Shown: positions 38,819-48,600, counted from the first letter of the stretch. The stretch: 64,000 nucleotides of DNA from Octopus bimaculoides (GCF_001194135.2 NC_068983.1:1212896-1276895); one strand, 5' to 3'. Translations and numbers: made by a program. Notes: a model not told the origin generated them from the sequence alone.

Positions 38819-40341
38819 GGGAGTGTGTGTGTGTGTGTGTGTGTGTGTGTCTATTCTTGTGTGGGAAATACATCTGTGGGGTGGACAGGGAGCTAGAAAG
38901 AAAAACATAACCAAAAGCTTTCCTTTCTAAATACATGTAAATCTAAAAGGGAAATAAACTCGTAATTCCTTTGAAATTATCTCCACTCTATATATGATAA
39001 TCTTCAACAATTGCAGCTATGCTTTCTGTTTCCTTTCTCCAGCTTGAAGATAAATTTCTATCAATATATTTCTGTTGTACGTTCTGAGTTCAAATTCTGC
39101 CGAGGTCGACTTTACTTTCGTCCTTTCGGGGTTGATTAAATAAGTACCAGTTACGCACTGGTAGCGACTAGAGCGACTTAATCCCTTTGTCCTTGTTTGT
39201 CCCCTTTATGTTTAGCTCCCTGTGGGCAATAAAGAAATAAATATATTTCTGTTGTGAAGCGCAACAGATCAACTGTTTAGTTAAATAATCAACAATTACA
39301 GAAAAGATAATTACGCGTTAGGACCGGAAATTGAAGTGAGATGGCTTCGAAATGGTTGCCCATCAATGTTCAGGTGTATGTTCGGTAAACATCCTTGAAA
39401 TAAATATCTCTTAACCCCGGCAGAAAACTACCCCCGGATAATTCACACCCCACCCCCAACGACAAATGTAACTCGCGATGATTATCCCCTGATAATCATT
39501 ATTCAATTATAATTCTTACTCATTATTAATGCAATTATTATTTATTATAATTTTTAATTATTAATGAATGTTCGTGTAAAGCCAACAATTTACAATGTTT
39601 GTCGTACTATGAAAGGAATGTGACATTAGAAATCTTATTAAAGGAATCATTTGCCTCTTGAACAGCAGAAAGAAACATGGCCATGTGAATTGTACAGGTG
39701 CAGTTGCCCCACAACCAAAACATTTCCAGTGTTTTATATTAGTGAAGTCTCATGGCTAAGCGGTTGAGGTATTCGGCTGCTCAATATTTTAAGCTCGTGA
39801 GATATGTGGCGGTGTGTTGTGTCCTTGAGCAAGACACTTTATTTCACGTTGCTCCAGTCCACTCTGTTGGCAAAAATGAGAAGTATCTGGATTTCAAAGG
39901 GGCAATCTTGTCAAACTTTGTGTCATGCTGAATCTCCCTGAGAACTACGTTAAGGGAACGCGTGTTTTGTGGATCGGATCAACTAGAACACTTGTCGTTG
40001 TAACCGATGGAGTGACAGTGTTTACATATGAGATGACGTAAGAGTTGAATTAAACTCCAGCAGCATCTTAAAGAAATAAAACTGTCATACGACCGTTATT
40101 ACTCAATGAAATCCATTTTTGATTATCGAAAACTTACGCCTGGCATAATTATTCTTTCAATATCTTGAAAAACATCTTCCCATTTATCTGGATTTTGTGG
40201 GGCTTTTTCTGGTATTAAATGTCTCAGGAACCCGGGAGCAACAGAAGGTAAAATTCTTCTACTTCGAATATAATCAAAATAATCATTTATATATCCAGCC
40301 AACTGTGCAACGGCAGCCACGAAATTTTCAGAGTTGTCCAT
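15272..40341 (-). CDS. DDC: Aromatic-L-amino-acid decarboxylase family gene, copy A (complete, 12 coding exons, 481 aa; divergent DDC-like paralog)
   Basis: Exons joined by hand: 40138-40341, 38446-38559, 37947-38066, 37649-37783, 35175-35318, 33034-33100, 32121-32215, 29713-29780, 25061-25151, 20092-20190, 19131-19232, 15272-15478. Lengths 204/114/120/135/144/67/95/68/91/99/102/207 sum to 1446 nt, with consistent phases and GT..AG at every junction. Motifs: IERIIMPG|[49 protein letters not shown] (PLP lysine), [27 protein letters not shown]. The symbol indicates family only; orthology to true DDC is not established. Confidence 0.95.
15880..16965 (+). mobile_element. R4/Dong-like LINE fragment (RT tail, CCHC knuckle, RLE)
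   Basis: YKHLGIL...[34 protein letters not shown]-x-VDETIAHI, ILWDFPIQ...EHNR...VVDAACPFD. Confidence 0.78.
17115..17650. mobile_element. Foldback element with about 165 bp imperfect inverted repeats
   Basis: 17115-17279 (CCTAATTCCTCTGAACTAGAAAGGAATAACTATGAT...GAAAGAAACTTCAACACACG) versus the reverse complement of 17487-17650. Confidence 0.8.
17650..19095 (+). mobile_element. Two or more R4/Dong-like LINE fragments
   Basis: [16 protein letters not shown]; [10 protein letters not shown]...[29 protein letters not shown]; GYKYVRILE...[15 protein letters not shown]...AINT. Confidence 0.7.
18400..18700 (+). repeat. Minisatellite of about 30 bp (AACAGAAATAATTCGAGTTTGGAGCCC + variable A tract), about 9 copies
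   Basis: Direct inspection; lies inside an RLE-LINE endonuclease coding segment. Confidence 0.9.
19131..19232 (-). CDS. DDC: Copy A exon 11 ([34 protein letters not shown])
   Basis: Acceptor TTCTTCTCAG, donor AAG|GTAAAT; 102 nt. Confidence 0.94.
20092..20190 (-). CDS. DDC: Copy A exon 10 ([33 protein letters not shown])
   Basis: Acceptor TTGTAG, donor AAA|GTGAGC; 99 nt. Confidence 0.95.
20563..21189. mobile_element. MITE with perfect 28 bp terminal inverted repeats and internal (CCCTAA)-like repeats
   Basis: GGATCTATTTCAAAACGGGGGCACCAGT at 20563-20590 and its reverse complement at 21162-21189; degenerate telomere-like CCCTAA units at 20799-20860. Confidence 0.85.
21470..21700 (-). mobile_element. 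RTE-clade LINE fragment
   Basis: AKACDAFGK...[29 protein letters not shown]...LNTFH. Confidence 0.75.
23465..23860 (-). mobile_element. tRNA-derived SINE, near full-length
   Basis: Minus-strand head GTGGCTATGTGGTAAGTAGCTTGC...GGTTCATTCCCACTGCGTGGCACCTTGGGCAAGTGTCTTCTACTATA with A/B-box-like motifs; same family at 34345-34735, 44600-44755 and 55350-55525. Confidence 0.8.
23950..24720 (-). mobile_element. Penelope-like element, degraded reverse transcriptase
   Basis: [21 protein letters not shown]...NVINWF...[13 protein letters not shown]...LLNKALLFA resembles the Penelope-type RT N-terminal motifs. Confidence 0.6.
25061..25151 (-). CDS. DDC: Copy A exon 9 ([30 protein letters not shown])
   Basis: Acceptor TTTTGTTTTAG, donor ACG|GTAAGA; 91 nt; catalytic loop with the Tyr332 equivalent. 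Confidence 0.92.
25262..29360 (+). mobile_element. Near full-length decayed CR1/L2-group LINE (ORF1, endonuclease, RT, 3' tail), antisense in intron 8 of copy A
   Basis: ORF1-like CQFWHP segment (25299-25610); GDL..P endonuclease remnant (about 26900); NPKAFY; NYRPVS; DFAKTF.KFDH; [13 protein letters not shown]; YTDDTKV; [14 protein letters not shown]; 3' [15 protein letters not shown]. Many stops and frameshifts. Confidence 0.75.
26242..26791. mobile_element. MITE/foldback element with about 190 bp imperfect inverted repeats, nested in the LINE
   Basis: Left arm AAGTCAATGCCGCGTTCTACTGCGTTAGCC...AATGAGATCGAAAATGAAAAA matches the reverse complement of about 26600-26790. Confidence 0.8.
29713..29780 (-). 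CDS. DDC: Copy A exon 8 ([23 protein letters not shown])
   Basis: Acceptor CTTGCAG, donor TG|GTAAGC; 68 nt; NPHK PLP-binding lysine. Confidence 0.95.
31790..32060 (+). mobile_element. RTE-clade LINE fragment
   Basis: [31 protein letters not shown]...[25 protein letters not shown], the pre-RT GKAPG.D.IP.E motif. Confidence 0.8.
32121..32215 (-). CDS. DDC: Copy A exon 7 ([32 protein letters not shown])
   Basis: Acceptor CTTTTTCAG, donor GAA|GTAAGT; 95 nt; WLHVD motif with the Asp271 equivalent. Confidence 0.95.
32267..32614. mobile_element. Palindromic element with internal tRNA-like segments
   Basis: Outer inverted arms (ATTATTTACATTTGACGGATATTTGTCCTCATCTT / AAGATGAGGACACATATCTGTCAAATGTAAATAAT); inner back-to-back tRNA-like heads TGGC(A/G)TAGTGGTTAAGAG(T/C)GC at about 32431-32453 (minus) and 32493-32513 (plus). 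Confidence 0.75.
33034..33100 (-). CDS. DDC: Copy A exon 6 ([22 protein letters not shown])
   Basis: Acceptor TTTTTCAG, donor T|GTAAGT; 67 nt, ends phase 1. Confidence 0.93.
33670..33880 (+). mobile_element. Third SINE-like family (GTTCTGAGTT(T/C)AAA.TC.GC.GAGGTCGACTTT core)
   Basis: Related copies at 39075-39240, about 2110-2310, about 1490-1640 and 9230-9320 (minus). Confidence 0.6.
34345..34735 (-). mobile_element. tRNA-derived SINE, near full-length
   Basis: High similarity to 23465-23860 along its length. Confidence 0.8.
35175..35318 (-). CDS. DDC: Copy A exon 5 ([15 protein letters not shown]...AKGLTPFF)
   Basis: Acceptor TTTTCAG, donor TTT|GTAAGT; 144 nt; contains the His192 equivalent. 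Confidence 0.94.
36295..36729. mobile_element. MITE with about 130 bp imperfect inverted repeats
   Basis: AGAGGCGATGCAATACGACC...CTATCCTCAGCTGCATAA...TCAGTTGGACAC (36301-36427) versus the reverse complement of 36597-36723. Confidence 0.82.
37050..37438. repeat. (CT/CTGT)n compound microsatellite
   Basis: Direct inspection; similar arrays at 1645-1900, 12107-12157, 22070-22160 and 62634-62885. Confidence 0.95.
37649..37783 (-). CDS. DDC: Copy A exon 4 ([16 protein letters not shown]...KLIAYKSPD)
   Basis: Acceptor TATTAG, donor GAC|GTAAGT; 135 nt; homologous to copy B 2334-2468. Confidence 0.92.
37947..38066 (-). CDS. DDC: Copy A exon 3 ([40 protein letters not shown])
   Basis: Acceptor TTTCAG, donor CAG|GTAAGT; 120 nt. 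Confidence 0.95.
38446..38559 (-). CDS. DDC: Copy A exon 2 ([38 protein letters not shown])
   Basis: Acceptor CCAACAG, donor TGG|GTAAG; 114 nt; absent from the ORF track. Confidence 0.93.
39750..40015 (+). mobile_element. Second SINE family (tRNA head plus conserved GTTGTGTCCTTGAGCAAGACACTTTAT core)
   Basis: GGCTAAGCGGTTGAG head; similar copy at about 33290-33545 sharing GGATCAACT(A/G)GAACAC. Confidence 0.6.
40138..40341 (-). CDS. DDC: Copy A exon 1 (MDNSENF...IERIIMPG)
   Basis: ATG at 40341; 68 codons; donor GGC|GTAAGT at 40137. Confidence 0.95.
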
Positions 40342-40423
40342 GTTTCTATATTACGTTGATGATGATGATGCTTTATTAGAGGAGAGCTAATATAGAACAC
40401 CTTCTGGGAATATTTACTATGCA

Positions 40424-40507
40424 ATTGCGCAACAGTTTGGGATATTTGGTTACGTAATAGTTGCATACAGTATAATTACGTAATAAGTATGTTATTAATT
40501 GCGTAAC
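40424..40507. promoter_or_regulatory. Cluster of palindromic bZIP-type sites upstream of copy A
   Basis: ATTGCGCAAC 40424-40433, GTTACGTAAT 40449-40458, ATTACGTAAT 40475-40484, ATTGCGTAAC 40498-40507; 83-166 bp upstream of the ATG. Confidence 0.65.
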
Positions 40508-42090
40508 ATTTACATTATTAAATAATTAGATAAGACTTGATAAATCTATTTGTTTAAAAAATCCATGTTTATTCTGTTGAGTATAAATATTTAATACCCA
40601 ACGAGATGCAACATAAAAGGTTGAACTTAAATGAAAACAATTCAACCAGGCCCCCACTCACTTCTCCGATCTACTTTCCAACAAATTTACATAAGAATAT
40701 CACCTCTCCATTCATCGTACTCCCCACCTCACGTGGTACTTGAAGACGTTAATAAAAGATAGTCTGCCATTTGCCCTTCAATCTTTTCCTCATACGATCT
40801 TCCCCGATGTAACCTCCACTTTTTGATGGAGTTACGTCTAGGATGACTCATCGTGTCTAATAAGCGTTCCTTTCTGATACTATGCTTCTTGGTGAATTGT
40901 CCTTCCTTGTAGGCTGTCCTTCTTGTTGGACTGTCATTCCTGATGGGCTCTTCTTCCCGGTGGGCTGTCTTTCTTGGTGAACTCTCCTTGCTGGGGAGCA
41001 CTCCTTGCTGGTGGGCTTTTCCTGCTGGTGGGCTCTCCTTGCTGGTGAACTGTCCTTCCTGCTGAACTATCCCTCCTGCTGGACGAAACTTACTGCATGT
41101 TGCAATATCTGTTCTACATAACTTCATAATCGAACACTGGCGTGACTCTGAGCGAGTGCATAACGGACGGTTTCGCCGCAGTGAGGGCACCTCGAGCAGA
41201 CGTGACTTACTGAAACTGTATGCTTGTAAACTGCATCTCAAATTAGTAATGTCTCTCAGTATTACTGTCAGAGGTTTCTGGGAGTTTCTTATAGTCCTCG
41301 GACTGAAAGTAACCCCAAACAAACATTTCTGTTGATCTCTGTCTCTGTACAATGTCACCACGGGCACTTGCCTAAGTGTTAGCGTTTACACAATGCTATT
41401 CCACCAGTCACATAACCCAGCCAATAGAGAACTGTAAATGCCTGACAATATTCCAAAGTTTAGACGACCCATTATAGCATTCGCTTGACCCAAAACTGCA
41501 GCCTCACCAAAGAATCAACTGATGGCAAGGAAGCACATTTGTTCCCTGTCTAGGAATCATGTCAAAGACAGCGAGATCAGTACATAACTGCGCATCTTTA
41601 CTCATGGTAAACCGAACGTTTCTTTTAATGTTTGTTGGTAGAAATTTGATATGGAGACAAGCGAAACACGTTCCTTCACTATAAAGCCAAATGAAAATAA
41701 GGAAGAGGGTGACAGTCAGGGTTGATTAAATTACTGAGGTGATAAATACATCCTTTCTGGATCTTTTAGGAAGAGCTTCTTAGCATATTCATTTCGCGTT
41801 GTGACGCTTTCAAGGCTTTTAGCGTCCACAAACGCTCAAGGTATAAAATGCACAGGAGTGGTTGGAAAAGGCACTCTTTGAAGACCAAACATGTGACTCT
41901 CAAAAGAGTTTTGTTAGATGGCCATCTCGTCTGAGCATCGTGAAAACCTACTGAATATTGAAACACTCCAACTCTTAGAGAGAGAACAGAAATCAATTTA
42001 CATTGTAAGTCACCGTAAAATACTAATGATCGACTTAGGAAATACGTACAAATATACATACATTCGAAAAAAAAAACATGCGTACACACA

Positions 42091-42124
<34 letters not shown>

Positions 42125-42191
42125 CATACATACATACATACATATATACATACATACATACATACATACATACATACATACATACATACAA

Positions 42192-43440
42192 CCTTGAACT
42201 CTTACCCAAAGAAATTGCAAGATTCTACCGTAACATAACATCAGAGGAGAGGATGAATGCATTCCAGCAGAAGACCATGCATGGATACGTTAACAAAAAG
42301 CTCCAGGGTGATAACAACATTGACAACCAGAGCAGTCTATCGTGGACAAACAATCGGGTCACCAACTCTCACTTTGAAGGGTATGCCTTTGCTATTCAAG
42401 AACAAGAAATAGCAACTAAATTCCTAATAAACAAACGGGACAGAGAGGCGGGCAAAGCGCCACAATGTAATAATCGATGCAGACTCTGTGGAATCAGTAT
42501 CGNNNNNNNNNNNNNNNNNNNNNNNNNNNNNNNNNNNNNNNNNNNNNNNNNNNNNNNNNNNNNNNNNNNNNNNNNNNNNNNNNNNNNNNNNNNNNNNNNN
42601 NNNNNNNNNNNNNNNNNNNNNNNNNNNNNNNNNNNNNNNNNNNNNNNNNNNNNNNNNNNNNNNNNNNNNNNNNNNNNNNNNNNNNNNNNNNNNNNNNNNN
42701 NNNNNNNNNNNNNNNNNNNNNNNNNNNNNNNNNNNNNNNNNNNNNNNNNNNNNNNNNNNNNNNNNNNNNNNNNNNNNNNNNNNNNNNNNNNNNNNNNNNN
42801 NNNNNNNNNNNNNNNNNNNNNNNNNNNNNNNNNNNNNNNNNNNNNNNNNNNNNNNNNNNNNNNNNNNNNNNNNNNNNNNNNNNNNNNNNNNNNNNNNNNN
42901 NNNNNNNNNNNNNNNNNNNNNNNNNNNNNNNNNNNNNNNNNNNNNNNNNNNNNNNNNNNNNNNNNNNNNNNNNNNNNNNNNNNNNNNNNNNNNNNNNNNN
43001 NNNNNNNNNNNNNNNNNNNNNNNNNNNNNNNNNNNNNNNNNNNNNNNNNNNNNNNNNNNNNNNNNNNNNNNNNNNNNNNNNNNNNNNNNNNNNNNNNATG
43101 TAACGAACTGCCTCAACAAAAACCTGGAAAAATTAGGGTTCTCAAAACCTGAAAGAAAAAGGCTGATTAGAAGACTACAGATTCAAGCCATCAATGGAAC
43201 TATAAAGATATGTAAAACTTTCCAAAAATTTAGCACATAAATACATAAAGACATAAAAACGCATCCATAAAACAAACATACAAATCTGCGCATACACTAA
43301 CACCAAATACTGCACACACACACATATGCACAAATACCTAGATGATGTTGATAAAAGTTCTAATGAAGGAGCCTTGAACCTATGTTAGAGTCCGGCTCTT
43401 TCTCTATGGACAAGAAATACAGAAATGAAACTGATTGATA
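42192..43440 (+). mobile_element. R4/Dong-like LINE, 5'-truncated (N-gap inside)
   Basis: MHGY...SHFEGYAFAIQEQEIATK...CRLCG zinc knuckle; LEKLGFSKPERKRLIRRLQIQAINGTIKICKTF; conserved 3' UTR. Confidence 0.8.
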
Positions 43441-44599
43441 ACATATATATACATACATACATACATAAATACATACATACATACAAGCAATCACTTTAAC
43501 CGGAACCAGGCAGCAGTATGCAGAGACTCGAGAGGAGAAGCAGTAAATATCATAGAAGCTCATTCAAAAGAAACTGACACGGATTCTCTCTATTCAGTCT
43601 GTGGAGATTTGCAAGACATTCCAAAGATTATCCATCTGAGATTCTTTTGGTGAATAGACACACACACTTAGGTATATACATCGACAATTGAACTAACACA
43701 CCAACTCAACCTGTGACGTTCACTCGTTCGCTTCTCTTCAAAACTTCAACTGAACTGTCCTTCAACCGAATTGTTGAATAACTCATTGCACTTTCGATGT
43801 CCAAAGTATAAGTTTGTGGACAACAGCTATTTTGGGACTTTCACCTTTTGGGGCTTTCACCTTTTCAAGTATTGCAACGTTTCTTAGCCTGTCCTTATTG
43901 CTTATTCTCCTTAATATGCAAACGATCTTCATGTCAGAAACATTTTCCTTCATTTCCTTTGCTGCGTACTTGTCCCAGTTTTGCCCCGTAGAGAGCAGTT
44001 GGTGGTATATAAAATTTTACTGGTTTTAGTTTTTGGTGCAAAGTTATGTATTTTGAGGTGAAGAATTTCGTCATTCTTGCCTTTGATTAAATTGCAATGT
44101 TTCGAAGGGAGAGAACTAATTTAGAACACCTAAGTTCTTTCCCTTGCGTAAATATTTTTGTTTTTATAATGGCAGTAAACTACAACTCAAAATTAACTTG
44201 ATCTCTGTAAAATGATAAAACAGTTGCATAACTTTCATGGATTTCCACCATATTGGTCTAAGCTATAATCGGAATCGATAGTAATATTTCTGCTTAGTAA
44301 ATTCTGGGATTCTGGCGAATGCTCAGGTGTATGAGCATGGACAGGAATGCGAATAGGAAATAGATCAACTTGAGGTAGGGAGCAGAGATTTGCAAAAAAT
44401 TCGGTTTCTGCACAGATGACGGCGGACCAAGATGTGCCTGAGCGACAGACAACAGAGAGAGAGAGAGAGAGCTTATGTGTTTAGGAGCCGGAAATAGGTT
44501 GAGCTTAATCAGAAAACTAGAAATTGTTTTTGTAGATTGTCTTAAATGTAAGACACATGTTATGAAAAAAATGACTAGGAAAGAAGGTCACGAATGACC

Positions 44600-44751
44600 T
44601 GCTTTTTTTTACGGTCTTCTTTCAGTTTCCGTCCACCAAATGCACTCAGAAGGCTTCTGTCGGTGCGAGGCTTTAGTAGAAGACACTTGCCCAAGTTGCT
44701 ACGCAGTGGGACTGAACCTGGAACCATGTGACTAGTAAGCAAGCTACTTAC

Positions 44752-44755
<4 letters not shown>
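44600..44755 (-). mobile_element. SINE 5' half
   Basis: GTAGAAGACACTTGCCCAAG..GCAGTGGGACTGAACC block of the same family. Confidence 0.72.
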
Positions 44756-44810
<55 letters not shown>

Positions 44811-45002
44811 GTATAGTGAATCGAAACAAAGAAGAACAAACATGAAAAACAACAGTGTGAGGATGTGGTACAAGTAATGTATTATCAGATTGTCAGCAAA
44901 GGAAAGAAAGAACAGTTAACGTTTCGAGCAGACGCTCTTCTTCAGAAATTCAGAAATACAGGAGAGTCCAATAGAAGGGAAGACGGAACAAGAAAATATA
45001 TA

Positions 45003-45340
45003 TGCATGTATGCATGTATGCATGTATGTATGTATATATGTATGTATGTATGTATGCATGTATGTATGTATTTATGTATGTATGTATGTATGTATGTATT
45101 TATGTATGTATGTATGTATGTATTTATGTATGTATGTATGTATGCATGTATGCATGTATGTATGTATATATGTATGCATGTATGTATGTATGTATATCTG
45201 TATGTATGTATGTATTTATGTATGTATGTATGTATTTATGTATGTATGTATGTATGTATGTATGTATGTATGTATGTATGTATATCTGTATGTATGTATG
45301 TATGTATGTATGTATGTATTCATGTATGTATGTATGTATT
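45003..45340. repeat. (TATG)n microsatellite; similar arrays at 6959-7065, 7515-7745, 42090-42190, 50467-50550, 61990-62060
   Basis: Direct inspection; source of the MYVC/HTYI pseudo-ORFs. Confidence 0.95.
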
Positions 45341-45536
45341 GTATATGTTTCTTCTATTTGTTAACTATTATAAATCTTTCAATGAGGAGGGAGCCGGTTT
45401 CCAACAAAGATAAAAGGCTCCATCTTTTGAATGTAGTTAACACAGACAAATTCACATTTCGAAATTGAGAAAAGCCTTGCGTATTCTTACTGTTCCACTG
45501 ACAGATCGCATTTGTAATGTACCAATTAGTCGGTCG

Positions 45537-45595
<59 letters not shown>

Positions 45596-48012
45596 TATAT
45601 GTATACGCATCCATTCATGCACACACATCCACACATCTATATATACATACAAAATTACACATCTGCATATATCTGCATTCCTACATGAGTATGTATGTGT
45701 GTGTGTGAGCGCGCGCGCGTATTTATTCCTTTTGTATGCATGTACAACATGGTCTAACTTTATTAAATGATGTCCAAAGGGAAGTCGATTCTCAGAACAG
45801 AACCATTAAACGAGCAATGAAAATATCCCCAGGAGATATCGAAGAACTGAGGCCAGGTCTAACCCGACATTTCCAATGAATGCTGAGATTACTATGACTC
45901 GGAAAACTTTTGACTCTAAACATTTTCACAACAGAAAATAAAGCAGACGACAGTATCAAACAGAAAGAAAGTATAGGCGTAGACATGACTATGTAATAAA
46001 AAGACTGCATTGAGATGTTATCTGAGTGTGTGACTTCGGAATAACTGGTAAGTGGTATAAACACGAACCAGAAGCTGTGTCACAGAACGACTATTACTAA
46101 GTCATATTTAATATTCAGCTGTTAAGCTGTTGAAATGTAATTGTGTATCTTCATTTCCTCCATCTGGAATTTGTTGCCCTGTTTCATTATTTATCCATGT
46201 GCTGCAGCTGGGTTTCTGTCTTCCATACTGTTCTTGATAACATTCACTCACTTCACGATAGAACACTAGCGTTGTTTTATGATCTCGCGTGGTTATGAAA
46301 ACTTGTGTAGCGTTCGGTGTTATTATAGACACATTTGTCGCACAATATCCTCAAGCTATTGACACTGAATACCCGCCAATATTGTACCATATAAGGACCG
46401 ACGAATACACCGGACGGCAATCTGTGTTCCTTTAAACCAAATATTATGGGACTACTTTTAATGTAGGAAACTGTCAGAATTAATTCAATTATCTGTTTTC
46501 AAGGTAACATATATTATGTCATACGAGCTCCATCACCCGAGGGTAACTTTCCGTATTTGCAAGACCTGGACTAAATTTTCTTTGAGTTGAACAAGTAAGC
46601 CTTATGACTTTGGAAAATGCCTTCCAAAATGTTTAGTTTGGTTCATGTTTGAAATAATATCCAAATACAGAAAATGAATTTCTTCAGTTGAAGCTGGAAC
46701 ACGAACAATTCGCTAAGGAAGTTTTTAAATATATCAGGGTGTCAAAAGCAAACAACAAAAACAACAACGGCAACAGCAGTAACACAGGCAATAATAATAA
46801 TATTCACTTTTATTTACCACAATGTTCAAGAAAATACAGAAAGCGTGTTACAAAAGTAGTTACAAATTGGAAATCTGTATATATACATATATCATACCTT
46901 TTGTATGTGTTCGATATTTTATACACACACGTCGTTAGAACGTTGTATATTAACAGAAGTCAAAACTATGTTGCTGAAAACAATTACAACCAGAGATCAC
47001 CAACTCACAGAGAAGTGAGAGGCTTCCTTTTATAATCTTACCACAATATAATCCGCTCTTCAGACACTGCAACTTTTCCCTCCTTTTTGTTTCATCTTGT
47101 TTAGTCTTTTTATAAAATTTTAGATACCAGTTCAGACTGTCGTGAGGCCCAGGTTTCCAGAACATGGTCACCTCTTTAAGAGGGTTTTGAAACGTCATGC
47201 ATTTATTTTTTCAAGTCTAATGCTTTTTCGCCTCATTATTCTGAATGCTGTCGACTACTTCTCTCCATCTTCTCCCAGCCTCATTTTTTTCCTGATTGTC
47301 ATAATACCATATGTCGGCCGAAAGTATGTAGCCTTTGAGAATTTCTATGCTTCGGGTGTCCGAAGGATGATCCTAGATTTCTTGGCCATTCCAAACATCT
47401 GGTGCTCGTTTCGCTGACAATGTAATGATTTTTGTTTCAACTTCGGTTATCATCGAAACTATGGTCGATGATAGCCAATAATTCATAATACTTTACCTTT
47501 CAGTTACATTTCAGTGATAGACAAATGAATTAACAAAGGAGAAAGATTGATATTTATCCGTGGAGCTAGGAGTAACGATTGAAATATTTACATTAATTCC
47601 GCTCTGTTCACCTTTAATAATAATACATTCTTGGAAGAAGGATGAGGAATTCGGTACATTTCATTGTCCCTTTACGTTTATTATTTCGCGAATCTCATAT
47701 AACAGGTTTTATATATGAAACAACAATAATAATTATGGAATGTTAAATATATTTACGTTTCACATTAACAAGAATCAAAACAAAGAATGATTTCAGCAAA
47801 TAAGTCTCATTAAGACTACAATGTCGCCATCAGCTGACTCTTTGAGGAATGTATAATGGTCTTAATATGAACGACTTTATTAACAATACTTTGTTTTGGA
47901 ATAAAGCAAATTAATTAATTGGATGAGTGTCATTCTCATCTTCGTTCCTATAAAAACTTGGTTTATAAATACATCATTGGATTTTCTGGAGATTTTATTA
48001 TATTTATAAAAG

Positions 48013-48458
48013 TTAGAAATGAGTGCTTTTCGGTTGGTAAACATCAGACGGCCTACAGTTGATATTTTTTTCTGTTTCTTCATTCTCGGATGTACTATCC
48101 GTGATTTGGGAGGCATTAACGGCAGGAACCTGACACAATCTTCCTTCAACGGACAGAAAATTCCGTTCAGTGTTCGATGATGTTGTATTGGAGGACAATT
48201 TCGGTTCTATTTCCGAATGATGAGATTCGTTGCTATCCCAAGTTTTGCCACTTTTTTCTTCAAAAAACGCGACTATTAAAGCAACAACTAATATAATTCC
48301 ACAAAGCAGACGCACTGATAAAAGCGTGCCGTGAATCTTTAATCTCATATCTTCAATATCATACAATTGACATTCACTTCTGACGCCGCATGTCCAGGCC
48401 CAGTGTGTGCAGGACAAATCCAGCAGCAAACCAAAAGCTATGGGTCCGGACATCCAAC
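48013..48458 (-). CDS. SLCO: SLCO/OATP organic anion transporter, terminal coding exon
   Basis: Acceptor TTTGTCAG then GWMSGPIAFGLLLDLSCTHWAWTCGVRSECQLYDIEDMRLKIHG: OATP TM11 plus the C-x2-W-x3-CG-x3-C-x2-YD loop, TM12 and a Ser/Glu-rich tail ending STHF-stop. AATAAA at 47994-47999. Confidence 0.9.
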
Positions 48459-48534
48459 CTGACAAATAGAAGTTAAGAAACGTTAATGTTGTCATCTGGG
48501 AAGAATTCTCACCATCTTAACAGTTTATTTTTAC

Positions 48535-48600
<66 letters not shown>

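Noticed and set aside
15272-40341. Copy A as a pseudogene because of its many unusual substitutions
   Set aside because: All 12 exons are open, in phase and have canonical splice sites, and the core catalytic residues are kept.
45790-47420. Short ORFs between SLCO and copy A (46108-46332, 46688-47035, 46950-47198, 47142-47417)
   Set aside because: No recognisable motifs and no convincing splice-site pairs; likely decayed transposon or non-coding DNA.
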